In this document: positions 37,239 to 46,397 of the stretch, piece after piece
Layout of the letters: the number at the start of each line of letters is the position of its first letter
Numbering within the stretch: position 1 is the stretch's first letter
Virus genome (UHGV): UHGV-0172104
Source: a virus
Length of the DNA stretch: 47,686 nucleotides
Strand: one strand, 5' to 3'
Notes under the pieces: generated by a model
Database searches by the model: none
Seen by the model: the letters and a program-made list of their open reading frames with translations, nothing else
What the model was told of the DNA's origin: nothing
Program-made: the position numbers and the translations under genes

Positions 37239-38135
37239 TTATAAATTATTTTTAGCATATTCAGCAAATTTAGCCCACTCTTTAAAATTATGAACTGCTA
37301 CTTTTCTGCTATCTGCTAAACGCTGACCTTCTTTTTTATCATACCATATCATTGTTTTTCCATTGAATTTATAAACTTTTCCAAATCTGTTTCCACTAAC
37401 CCATGACGTGCTATCAACGCTATCAAAATGATATTTAGTTATTCCTTTTAAACTAGTAAACCCTAGTCCATGAATTTTTGCTCCGTTATCATGTGCTATT
37501 TTAATTAATTTTGGGAAATATTTATATTCTTTTCTGCTTATCTCTTTTATTGCTATTCCACCTAATGCAACATAATCATATTCTTTGCACATTTTGATGA
37601 ACTCGTCTAATCCTCTTGACCTATGCCAAACAGGTATACATTTTCTATGCGTTAATGATTCTAATTTTTTTCTTAAACGCAATACATTTTCATATCCAAT
37701 CAAAACATCAATATCTAATTCAAAAAAAAGTTTAACATCATTTCTAACAATAAAGTCTGCGTACTTTTCTATATAATCATTCCAATCTACATTCTTCCCA
37801 CTTGAAAAAAATGTAAATGCACCACTGTCTAGCATAAAACTATCACATGATGGGATAACTACTTTTTCAGTAAATTCGTTACAATAATAATATGATTGCA
37901 ATACATTTGTTCCTTTAAATAAATTATCTGTATTATTATCTTCATTCATTTGTTTTGCTCGTGCTTCTGAACCTGCTAAATATATTTCCATATCTAATTT
38001 TTCCTTACATATTTGAGGGTTTCCTGTACCCCCCCACTGATCACCAAGTACATATCCATATTTTTTTTGAGTCCTTTTCCACTTTTCGTAAGATTGATTA
38101 AATACCCCCCCTTGTCCACTTAGATAGATAATCAT
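37239..38135 (-). CDS. TGT/DpdA-like guanine transglycosylase, putative DNA 7-deazaguanine insertion enzyme
   Basis: 'LDSGAF', 'ELDID', 'PVWH', 'ALGG', 'IHGLG', 'DSVDSTSW'; directly upstream of queD; ATGA overlap with the ParB-like gene. Confidence 0.8.
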   Translation of the reverse strand: MIIYLSGQGGVFNQSYEKWKRTQKKYGYVLGDQWGGTGNPQICKEKLDMEIYLAGSEARAKQMNEDNNTDNLFKGTNVLQSYYYCNEFTEKVVIPSCDSFMLDSGAFTFFSSGKNVDWNDYIEKYADFIVRNDVKLFFELDIDVLIGYENVLRLRKKLESLTHRKCIPVWHRSRGLDEFIKMCKEYDYVALGGIAIKEISRKEYKYFPKLIKIAHDNGAKIHGLGFTSLKGITKYHFDSVDSTSWVSGNRFGKVYKFNGKTMIWYDKKEGQRLADSRKVAVHNFKEWAKFAEYAKNNL

Positions 38136-38605
38136 ATTTCTATCTCTTCTCCACAATGAGGACATATAATAGTTTTTTTCTTTTCTTCCTTGCTTTCTGT
38201 CGGTTCTGCATCACTAAAAAATGCATCAATATCAATATCTTCTGCACTTTCAAAACCAAAATCATTCATATCAATATCGGCTATTAAACTTAATTCTTCT
38301 TCTAATTTATCAAAATCCCATGATGCAAATTCATTTGTTTTATTATCCACTAATCTAAAAGCGTTTATTTGTTCCTCATTCAAATCATCAGCAATAATAC
38401 AAGGAATCTTTTTATATCCTAATTCCTTACATGCTTTTAATCTCGTATGACCTGTTACAATAACGTTATTTTTATCAACAACTAAAGGAACTTTCATTCC
38501 AAATTCTTTGATGCTTTTTTTAACGTATTCAACGGCTTCATCATTATTTCTAGGATTATTTTCATAAACTTTTAAATCATCAATATTTAATTCAATAATT
38601 TCCAT
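38132..38605 (-). CDS. ParB-like N-terminal domain protein with C-terminal zinc ribbon
   Basis: 'NNPRNND', 'GHTRLKA', 'DNK', C-terminal CPHC. Confidence 0.85.
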   Translation of the reverse strand: MEIIELNIDDLKVYENNPRNNDEAVEYVKKSIKEFGMKVPLVVDKNNVIVTGHTRLKACKELGYKKIPCIIADDLNEEQINAFRLVDNKTNEFASWDFDKLEEELSLIADIDMNDFGFESAEDIDIDAFFSDAEPTESKEEKKKTIICPHCGEEIEI

Positions 38606-38706
38606 TTTTCAATCTCCTTTCAAATATATTTCATTTTAATTATATACTATATGGAAACGGAAAAGAAGTCTTAAAAGGCTTCATTTTTACGTTCTGTTTT
38701 AGAATA

Positions 38707-39852
38707 CTAAATATCAAACATACTTATCTGTTCTATTTGCTCTTTTTCTTCATCATCTTCCTTATATTGGAATTTTGGAGAAAATGGGCTTGTTTTTCTG
38801 TAGAATCTTTTATCATAAAAATCTTGAACACTTGTACATCCTTCTTGCCTGTTTGAGGTAAATAGTTGATTGCACTTGCAATCACGAACTCCACAATCAA
38901 ATAATTCTTCATCTAACTGTTCTTTTGCATAATCTTCTCCGTACTTTTTTATCATAGCCGTATTGTTGAATGATGTGCTTTTATTTACTAATCTATCACC
39001 ACAACAGCACTTGTTAGTGCCTATAAAATGTAAATCATTATCTGCTATGGAGTATGGTATATTATTTTTTTTAAAATATTCAATAAATGGTTTATATAAT
39101 TCTAATCTAATTGTTGGTTTTAAATTCAATAATCCCATCTGCGTAAAATCTTCTTTTTTCAAATTCATTTCTTTTAAAATAAATTCTTTACATTCCTTAT
39201 TTTGAGGAACTATTTTAATTCCTTATAAAGTGAAGTTATCTGCATCTTTAAACATTTCAACTATTTTCAATGTTGAGATATTAGGTATAAACGGCTGTAT
39301 TCTTATGCCAACTCTAAAGCCTTTATCCTTTAATTATCTAAAGAATTTATATCTACTTTCAACACTTGGAACATTAGGTTCAATATTTTTTAAGTTTTCA
39401 GTATTTGTTACACTTAATTGAAAACTATGTAAATCTGGTCTAATGTCGCAGTTATACGTTGTATCGCTTTTTGTTGAGAATAAAATATGGATTCCATATT
39501 TATTTGTAATATCTAATATCTGTTTTGTAATCTGTAACCTTTTTTCGCATGGTTGGAATGGGTCGCTCATTCCTCCACAATGCCATGTTATGCCTTCATC
39601 AATCAAGATTTCTAGAAAATTAGTTTTATCAACATTTTTATCATCAAATACTTTTTTTAATTTATTTTTTACTTGATTAATATTTGCCACTTGAATTTTC
39701 TTCTCATACTCCATAATTTTTCTATTTTCTGCAAAGCAGTATTTACACCCAAAAGAACAGGTTTTATAAGAATCAATTCTTATTGGCAATCCACAAATAG
39801 CGAATTTACTGCTGACATTTAAAGGATTGAATTTTTTAATGTCGTTTTTCAT
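38707..39852 (-). pseudogene. Radical SAM protein (spore-photoproduct-lyase-like architecture), 381 codons, split by two in-frame TAA
   Basis: CSFGCKYC, 'MSDPFQP', 'STK', 'RIQP'; stops at 39336-39334 and 39225-39223; one frame joins the two annotated ORFs. Confidence 0.8.
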
Positions 39853-40193
39853 GATTTAGAATACTCCTTATATTCTTCTTCTGCTTTTTTTCTTTCTTTA
39901 GTGATTTTTTTTGGTTTCAATTCGGGGTGTGTTTCAAAAATCTTTCTTCTTATTCTCGTTACTGATTCAAACGAAGGAAATCCATATTTTTTATGATTCA
40001 GCATCATGTCGGAAAAACTATCTGTTATTTGAATATTAAATACAATTTCCTTACTGACTGCGATTTCTCTATAAACTGCATAAATCAACACAAAATCATC
40101 ACTTCTTGTTTCTTCATATCTCTGCATGATTTTTAAAACCATATCTTCTAGATTTTTAAGTTTCATATATCCATTCTCCTTTTTAAAATCCAT
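39849..40193 (-). CDS. Conserved phage hypothetical protein
   Basis: 114 aa, 'ETRSDD...PSFESVTRIRRK'. Confidence 0.7.
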   Translation of the reverse strand: MDFKKENGYMKLKNLEDMVLKIMQRYEETRSDDFVLIYAVYREIAVSKEIVFNIQITDSFSDMMLNHKKYGFPSFESVTRIRRKIFETHPELKPKKITKERKKAEEEYKEYSKS

Positions 40194-41175
40194 TCTGCTC
40201 CATAATTTGATTTAGTTCTTCAACACTTTTTCTATATTCTTTAATACTCCAACCGTTTAATTCTTTAAATAAGTTAGATGTATGTTCTGCTAAATCTGTT
40301 GATCCACTTTCAATCTGTTTATCATACATTGCCAATAATTCTTTTGTTGTGTATCCTATTTCTTTTTGCTTTTTTTCTTTTTCTTTTTGTTTCTCAACCC
40401 ATTTTGGAATTGGTTTTTCTTTGACATTATTTGAAATATTAACATTATTAGAAAAATTATTAGGTTTTGGCTTATCCTGTTCCCTTGATAACCAATTGTT
40501 TATGAATCTTTTAATACCTCTTTTAGTTTTTCTTTTTGTAGGATTTGCATTTAGCCAACCTTTCATTTTTCTTAGTTCTTGCATGATATCAACATTAGGA
40601 TATAGTTCCTCGTATTCTTTAAAATCATTTTCACTAACATCATATAAGGTTTTATCATTAAGCGTTAGTTGAATAACTGATGGTTCAAAATGATTTTCTA
40701 AATCGTTTTGAACAATATATCCTTTAGTATTTAATCTATTAGTATTTAATACTTTAGTATTTAATCCTTTAGTATATTTATATACGTCTTCATTTTCTAT
40801 ATCTACATTTTCTATATCTACATTTTCAATATCTTCATTTTCTATATCTTCATTTTTGAGATGTAGTAGTTCATTATCATGATTTTCATTTGTTTCAAAT
40901 ATTACATACTCCCATTCACTAATTTTCCCGTTTAAATATTTTCTTCTTCTAACTAAATAATTCTTCTCCTCCAATTCGTTTAATATTCCGTTTATGGTAT
41001 TGACACTTTCTTTGCATATACCTTTTAACCCTTTAACGGAATAATGCCACTCGTCGGGCAATGATAGCATCATGCTCAATAAACCTTTTGCTTTTAAAGA
41101 TAATTCCTTATCTTTTAAATGATAATTGCTCATTGTTGTATAATTATCATTTTTGATAGTTCTAATTACCGCCAT
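40183..41175 (-). CDS. Replication initiator (N-terminal HTH, internal iterons)
   Basis: 'NYTTMSN..L.D..LSLKAKGLL..MLSLP' N-terminus; 'FINNWL.R' C-terminal domain. Confidence 0.82.
   Translation of the reverse strand: MAVIRTIKNDNYTTMSNYHLKDKELSLKAKGLLSMMLSLPDEWHYSVKGLKGICKESVNTINGILNELEEKNYLVRRRKYLNGKISEWEYVIFETNENHDNELLHLKNEDIENEDIENVDIENVDIENEDVYKYTKGLNTKVLNTNRLNTKGYIVQNDLENHFEPSVIQLTLNDKTLYDVSENDFKEYEELYPNVDIMQELRKMKGWLNANPTKRKTKRGIKRFINNWLSREQDKPKPNNFSNNVNISNNVKEKPIPKWVEKQKEKEKKQKEIGYTTKELLAMYDKQIESGSTDLAEHTSNLFKELNGWSIKEYRKSVEELNQIMEQNGF
40721..40856. repeat. Two 15-bp-period repeat arrays inside the initiator (putative origin)
   Basis: About 4 copies of CTTTAGTATTTAATx (40721-40775) and about 5 of TCTWCATTTTCWATA (40787-40856). 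Confidence 0.75.
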
Positions 41176-41190
41176 TTTTTTACGCTCCTT

Positions 41191-41331
41191 TTACTCGTTA
41201 TCATTATTTGAAACATATCGCTTTATTGCTTCATCAACGATAAACCATAGTAATTTACCTGTTTTTTCCTTTTCCTTATCAATTAATTTTTTAGTGCTTT
41301 CTTTAATTCTGATAACTGAATATTCTTCCAT
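41191..41331 (-). CDS. 46-aa ribbon-helix-helix-like protein (not in the ORF track)
   Basis: MEEYSVIRIKESTKKLIDKEKEKTGKLLWFIVDEAIKRYV...; GGAG RBS. Confidence 0.6.
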   Translation of the reverse strand: MEEYSVIRIKESTKKLIDKEKEKTGKLLWFIVDEAIKRYVSNNDNE

Positions 41332-41401
41332 TCTTCTAACTCCTTTTTTATATTTTTCTACATATAACTATAATACTATTTTAATTTTATTCAAGACAAA
41401 A

Positions 41402-41764
41402 TCAATAAATTAATGAAACTTCTATTCTTGGATTGTCTTTATCTTTGTATACATGATGTTCTATTGCGTTTACGTATTTTTGGCTATCATCTGTAATAAT
41501 ACTCATTTTAACTAAAGAATCTAAAATAAATTTAGATGCAAAAGTGATTCCGTCAATATCTCTCCTTCTATTTACTTCATACCAATCAATTTTAACTTTA
41601 ATCGGATAATCAGTAACTTTTTCTAATTTTGCTTGTTTAATATAAAACATTATTACTTTTTCATTATCTTTCTTCATCTTTGCACCTTTATAAGGGTTTG
41701 TTCTGCAAGCAGATGTATATTTGTTTAAATCGTCTAATCTTCCTCTTATAATAAACTTTTGCAT
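41402..41764 (-). CDS. rusA: RusA-like Holliday junction resolvase
   Basis: 'RRRDID...KFILDSLV...DDS...PRIEV'. Confidence 0.8.
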   Translation of the reverse strand: MQKFIIRGRLDDLNKYTSACRTNPYKGAKMKKDNEKVIMFYIKQAKLEKVTDYPIKVKIDWYEVNRRRDIDGITFASKFILDSLVKMSIITDDSQKYVNAIEHHVYKDKDNPRIEVSLIY

Positions 41765-41888
41765 AATATCACTTCTTTCTATGTTTTTTTTATTAAATAA
41801 AAAGAGTTTTTTATATTTATGATGAAATACTCATGTAAACATAAAAACCTCTTAGAATCGAAAATATAAGCAATTTATAAATAGTTAT

Positions 41889-42530
41889 TTATATAATTTG
41901 TTTTTTTTTGTGTGTTCTACTTGGTTTTGTAAAAACTTCATCTAAACTAAGTCCTTTTCTTAATCTAAACTCAATCATTGACCTACTAACGTTCAATTCT
42001 TCACACCATTGAGAAACGTTTTGTGTTTTACCTCTATATGTTATTAAATGATTTGACCTTCTATTATTGCATTGTGTTTTTATATCAACCCACCTACAAT
42101 TATTCGGTTCATAATCTCCGTTGTTATCAATACGATCAATAGATAAATTTTCTTTATATCCATTTTTCATTGCCCAATTATAGAAACTCATAAAATCATT
42201 TAACCATTCATCACACATTTTAATTCCACAGCCACCATAATTTTTATAATTATAACTATTTTTGTTATAACATCTTTTTTTTATATCTTCCCATCTTTTG
42301 TATAATTTTGTTTTTGACATTCTATGTTTACATTTTGCTTTTGAAACATTTTCTTTTTGTAAACATCCACAAGATTTTGTGTTTCCACTTTTAATACTAT
42401 AACCTTCAACAACACAATCATTTCCACAATCACATTTACATTTCCAATATGTATGACCATTTTTTATATAAATCATTTTATCAACTTTTAATCTACCAAA
42501 TTTTTTGCCTTTTAAATTACTTCTTTTCAT
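41889..42530 (-). CDS. HNH homing-type endonuclease
   Basis: 'GKKFGRL', 'CKCDCG', 'SCGC', 'SIDRIDNNGDYEPNNCRW'. Confidence 0.85.
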   Translation of the reverse strand: MKRSNLKGKKFGRLKVDKMIYIKNGHTYWKCKCDCGNDCVVEGYSIKSGNTKSCGCLQKENVSKAKCKHRMSKTKLYKRWEDIKKRCYNKNSYNYKNYGGCGIKMCDEWLNDFMSFYNWAMKNGYKENLSIDRIDNNGDYEPNNCRWVDIKTQCNNRRSNHLITYRGKTQNVSQWCEELNVSRSMIEFRLRKGLSLDEVFTKPSRTHKKKQII

Positions 42531-42700
42531 AAGTTTCTCCTTTTGAATTTATTTGATAAATAAAAAAGGTATATACAAGCACATTAGATAGAATGTTTAT
42601 TGTCCAGATAAGTAATCTAAATAATATGCTCATATATACCTTTTTTTTACTTATCTTGGACAATATTATTGTATCAAAATAATTTAAATTTTACAAATAT

Positions 42701-42976
42701 TTACAAATAATTTTTGTGAAAAACTTCAAAAAATTTTTTCTTGCCATATTTTTTTTCAAATGCTTCTTGCATCTCTCTTTTTAGTTTTAAATCTAATTCT
42801 TTATTGAAATGTACTCCATGACTACTCATGTTATGCCAATCTGCTCTTAGCCATACCCAACAGCCCCATTTATCTGCTTTTTTTCTATCTGAACCCATAT
42901 AAACATGATGCTTATGTAAGTTGTTTGTTGATCCTGTTATATAGCATTTCTTTTCATCTTGCAAAATTGATTTCAT
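42701..42976 (-). CDS. Small HNH-like protein
   Basis: 'CYITG...HKHH...WH...GVH'. Confidence 0.65.
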   Translation of the reverse strand: MKSILQDEKKCYITGSTNNLHKHHVYMGSDRKKADKWGCWVWLRADWHNMSSHGVHFNKELDLKLKREMQEAFEKKYGKKKFFEVFHKNYL

Positions 42977-43185
42977 TTAATTTATTCATCTCTCTTTTTC
43001 AAATATTCCTTCATCAGCATTTCATGATATTCTTTTCTAGTTTTCTGATATAGATATGAGTTAACAAGAGATGCAATGCCAATAAATATTAATAATGCAA
43101 TCAAAATATAATCAATCATTTTCTACCTCCTAATTCGATAGCATTATGAGCCATAATATAATCATAAATGTTAAAAAAATAAATA

Positions 43186-43491
43186 TCATTTTCTAATCCT
43201 TTCTATGCTTCTTTTCTGCTTGCTATCAATCCATTCTTTTATTGATGGTTCATAAGCAAAGCCCATTTTCTTTAGTTCTTCAATAACAATCAAAACATCT
43301 GCAATTTCTTCATTTAGATGGTTTACCGCTTCAAGTGTTACTCCATATCTATATATTTTTGAGATTGCTTGCACAAGTTCGCTTGCTTCTTCCATTGCAA
43401 CAACCATCATATAATCATTGCCATAATGTTCAATGACCTTTTTTAAAATATCATCATCAAATACTATTTCGTTATCTTTCTTCATCTCCAT
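43186..43491 (-). CDS. MazG-like nucleotide pyrophosphohydrolase
   Basis: 'EEASEL' and 'EEIADV'. Confidence 0.8.
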   Translation of the reverse strand: MEMKKDNEIVFDDDILKKVIEHYGNDYMMVVAMEEASELVQAISKIYRYGVTLEAVNHLNEEIADVLIVIEELKKMGFAYEPSIKEWIDSKQKRSIERIRK

Positions 43492-43684
43492 ATATATCCG
43501 TCCTTAATATTTTTAAATTTTGATATTTTCTAGGTTTAATTTTTTTCCTATATCTTTTATATAATCCATATACGCTTATAGGCTTAATTCCTAGATAATT
43601 TCCTATATCATATGCATTTCCTTCTATTTTAAATTCATTATCAATATATAATGCGTAAGTTATAGTGTTCTTCTTATACCTCAT
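43472..43684 (-). CDS. Small putative HTH protein
   Basis: 70 aa ORF in operon. Confidence 0.55.
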   Translation of the reverse strand: MRYKKNTITYALYIDNEFKIEGNAYDIGNYLGIKPISVYGLYKRYRKKIKPRKYQNLKILRTDIYGDEER

Positions 43685-44204
43685 ATATATCGCTCTCCAT
43701 CTTAATATCTAATTCACTGCACCAACTCAACAATACATCTATTAACTTATTGCATTCTTGCGTATTAAATTTGCTAGAACCTTCAAAACATTTATAAACA
43801 ATCATCTTCTTTCCTTTATAGATTTCTGGTCTTACAACCTTTACTGCTCTAAATGATTTTTTTAATTCATTTTCAATAGTTTCTAATCCCATCACATATT
43901 CATATTTAGCGTTTGCCTGCTCTAATGCTGATATATATATTTCCATATCATCTTGCTGTAATTCTTGTGCTATCTCATGGATAATAGCCCACATATAAGC
44001 GTTCTGATTCAATGAGCGCTTAGATTTTGGTTTTTTTATTTCTAAGCAATAAAGTCCTTCTTTAAGTTCATCAGCCTTTTTCTTATCATAAAAATGTTGA
44101 AAGGAGAATGTTATCTCAACGTTCCCCATTTCATCATATTCTTTTTTTATATAATTTCCATTAATTTTTGTCATAAATTTCAACAACCCTAATAAAAACA
44201 ACAA
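43674..44204 (-). CDS. NinB-like protein
   Basis: 'KRSLNQNAYMW' and 'GSSKF...LID' motifs; probable start MTKING. Confidence 0.7.
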   Translation of the reverse strand: MLFLLGLLKFMTKINGNYIKKEYDEMGNVEITFSFQHFYDKKKADELKEGLYCLEIKKPKSKRSLNQNAYMWAIIHEIAQELQQDDMEIYISALEQANAKYEYVMGLETIENELKKSFRAVKVVRPEIYKGKKMIVYKCFEGSSKFNTQECNKLIDVLLSWCSELDIKMESDIYEV

Positions 44205-44361
44205 ATAATATAATGCTTATTGTTTTGCTGTATTCAATATTCAATAAGTTACTAGCATATCTATAAATAATGTTGATAATGGAATATTCAGCAAAATAGC
44301 ATACAAACATGAATATTCCAATTGCAACATTAATTACTATTAATTTCAATAAACTTTTCAT
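44161..44361 (-). CDS. Small membrane protein
   Basis: Two hydrophobic segments. Confidence 0.55.
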   Translation of the reverse strand: MKSLLKLIVINVAIGIFMFVCYFAEYSIINIIYRYASNLLNIEYSKTISIILFVVFIRVVEIYDKN

Positions 44362-44801
44362 TAAAATTGAATATCAACATCATCTAATTCGTATGAGTTA
44401 ATTGAATCATCAAAATTATTGTACTCATTAGAATTATGATAATTATTATTAATTTGTGGCTGTTGGTTATTAACTTGTGGGATATTGCTAGACTTATTTG
44501 TATTGATAAATTCAACTCGATTACATAATACATTTACGGTCTTTCTATTGTTTCCGTCTCTATCTACATATGAGCCTGTTTGAATACTTCCCTCAACCGC
44601 TACTTTTGACCCTTTATTGCAGTATTGAGCAGTATTTTCAGCAATCTTTTCCCAACATACGCAGTCAACAAAATCTGCATCATCATTATTATATCTATTC
44701 AATGCTAATGTGAAATTAGTTACGGCTTTTCCACTTCCTGTTCTTCTTAGTTCGGGATCTCTAGTCATGTTTCCTAAAAGAACTACTCTATTTATGCTCA
44801 T
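44361..44801 (-). CDS. ssb: Single-stranded DNA-binding protein
   Basis: 'NRVVLLG.MTRDPELR', acidic C-terminal tail. Confidence 0.95.
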   Translation of the reverse strand: MSINRVVLLGNMTRDPELRRTGSGKAVTNFTLALNRYNNDDADFVDCVCWEKIAENTAQYCNKGSKVAVEGSIQTGSYVDRDGNNRKTVNVLCNRVEFINTNKSSNIPQVNNQQPQINNNYHNSNEYNNFDDSINSYELDDVDIQF

Positions 44802-45505
44802 TTCTTATCCTCCTTCATCTTAATTTCAATCATCTTATCAAGCACATTCTTATAGTTAAATCTTTCTGCTTGTGTCATTGTATTAATATCATTTTTGCCA
44901 TTATTAAACTTATTGATAAAATGCAATGCACCTTCACTTTTGACGTCTACACCTAATTTAAGTAACTCCTCTACTCTTTTATCAATTTCACCTAATAAGG
45001 TTGCTTGCTCAATTCCTACTTGCTCATAAGAGTTAGCATTTTTTACTCTTTCAAAATTATCAACGTTTTTTTGTTGATTATTATTCATCTGCTTTTTTTC
45101 TTGATATTCTTGAGTATCAACGTCTTTTGTATCGTCAATACAAAATAACCCATTCAATGCGTATTTTCTAGCATATGAACTCGTTGCACCTGTCACTTGA
45201 GCGCTGTCCATACCCTTTTTATTTTCGCTCTCTCGTGCATAAGCACAAGCATATATTTCTTGTTCTGTTTCAATATCAATAAGGCTTGCTTTCGCTTTAA
45301 TATAAAAGCGTTCTCCGACTTGCTCCACATAATCATCAACCAATAATACTGCACCATACTTCAAGCATAACGGCTTGATTGCTTCCAAAATATCTTCACA
45401 ACTTCTATAGTTATATTTTCCAAATTTATTATATTGATTTTTTGGTGCTTTTAATTCATTTTGAATTGATAACAATTTAGAAAAAATACTGATTTTTTCC
45501 TCCAT
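44798..45505 (-). CDS. ERF-family single-strand annealing recombinase
   Basis: 'YRSCEDILEA' and 'AQVTGATSSYARKYAL'. Confidence 0.9.
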   Translation of the reverse strand: MEEKISIFSKLLSIQNELKAPKNQYNKFGKYNYRSCEDILEAIKPLCLKYGAVLLVDDYVEQVGERFYIKAKASLIDIETEQEIYACAYARESENKKGMDSAQVTGATSSYARKYALNGLFCIDDTKDVDTQEYQEKKQMNNNQQKNVDNFERVKNANSYEQVGIEQATLLGEIDKRVEELLKLGVDVKSEGALHFINKFNNGKNDINTMTQAERFNYKNVLDKMIEIKMKEDKK

Positions 45506-45969
45506 TATTTATTCTCCTTTGCTTCTTCAATTTTTTTCATATTCTTTTTTAATTCTTCAATTCCTTTTGCTTTTTCTTCCTCATACATTTTATAAAGTCT
45601 TTTATTAAAATGTTTTACAAAGTCATTATAACTTATTGTTTCTGGAAGACTATCCTTAAACACTATATTTTTCAACCATGTTTGATATGGTACGCATTCA
45701 AAAGCATTTTCTGATTCATTATATTTAACTTTTAACTTATTCCAATCATGGATTCCATAAATGCAATCATCAAACAACTCGTTTTCACCATTTTTTAATG
45801 CGATTTTTTCAATGCTATTAAATGGTTGTCTTTTTGAATTTTTTGTGATAAATTCAATTTTTTCTTTCAATGCTTTATTTTCTGCATCTAATTTTTCATT
45901 ATCTTTACACACTAAATTATAAGCCTCATCAAAATCTAATAGCCCACTAATTAAATATTTAATATCCAT
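45505..45969 (-). CDS. Hypothetical protein, paralog of 45969-46397
   Basis: Shared 'WNK.K..YNE', 'P...WL', 'P.T.S..DF...F' motifs. Confidence 0.7.
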   Translation of the reverse strand: MDIKYLISGLLDFDEAYNLVCKDNEKLDAENKALKEKIEFITKNSKRQPFNSIEKIALKNGENELFDDCIYGIHDWNKLKVKYNESENAFECVPYQTWLKNIVFKDSLPETISYNDFVKHFNKRLYKMYEEEKAKGIEELKKNMKKIEEAKENK

Positions 45970-46397
45970 TACTCATTCTCCTTTGCTTCTTTTAATGCTT
46001 CTTCTTTTTCTTTTGTATATTTTTCTTGTAGTTCACGCTTAAAGTAATAAGCAAAATCTTCAAATGAAAGTGTTTTAGGCATATCGTCCATGTCAAGTTT
46101 ATGTTCAAGCCATTTATTGAATGGTGTAAACTCATATTTTTCCATATCTTCGTTATAATTGCACTTCACTTTATTCCAATTTCTGAAAACATTTTTAAAG
46201 ATTTCTTCTTTACCTTTTTCAATCATTAACTTATCAATGAAAGATACGCTTTTTTCTGAACTTTCTGAACTTCTAATTTTAGGTACTGCGTTCTTTAAAC
46301 GTTCGTTTTCCATTTCTAAAACATCAATATAATCATATAAATCTAAAATATCATTAATTAAATCCTGTCTTTTAATCATTTTCTTTTTCTCCTTCAT
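45969..46397 (-). CDS. Hypothetical protein, paralog of 45505-45969
   Basis: Same shared motifs. Confidence 0.7.
   Translation of the reverse strand: MKEKKKMIKRQDLINDILDLYDYIDVLEMENERLKNAVPKIRSSESSEKSVSFIDKLMIEKGKEEIFKNVFRNWNKVKCNYNEDMEKYEFTPFNKWLEHKLDMDDMPKTLSFEDFAYYFKRELQEKYTKEKEEALKEAKENE

Noticed and set aside
37210..37240. preQ1 riboswitch upstream of queD
   Set aside because: The gap is under 30 nt and contains only an RBS.
28560..39852. Genome-wide stop-codon reassignment to explain the in-frame TAG and TAA codons
   Set aside because: TAA, TAG and TGA all end intact conserved genes here, long ORFs are uninterrupted in the standard code, and the tRNA anticodon is TAT, not a suppressor.
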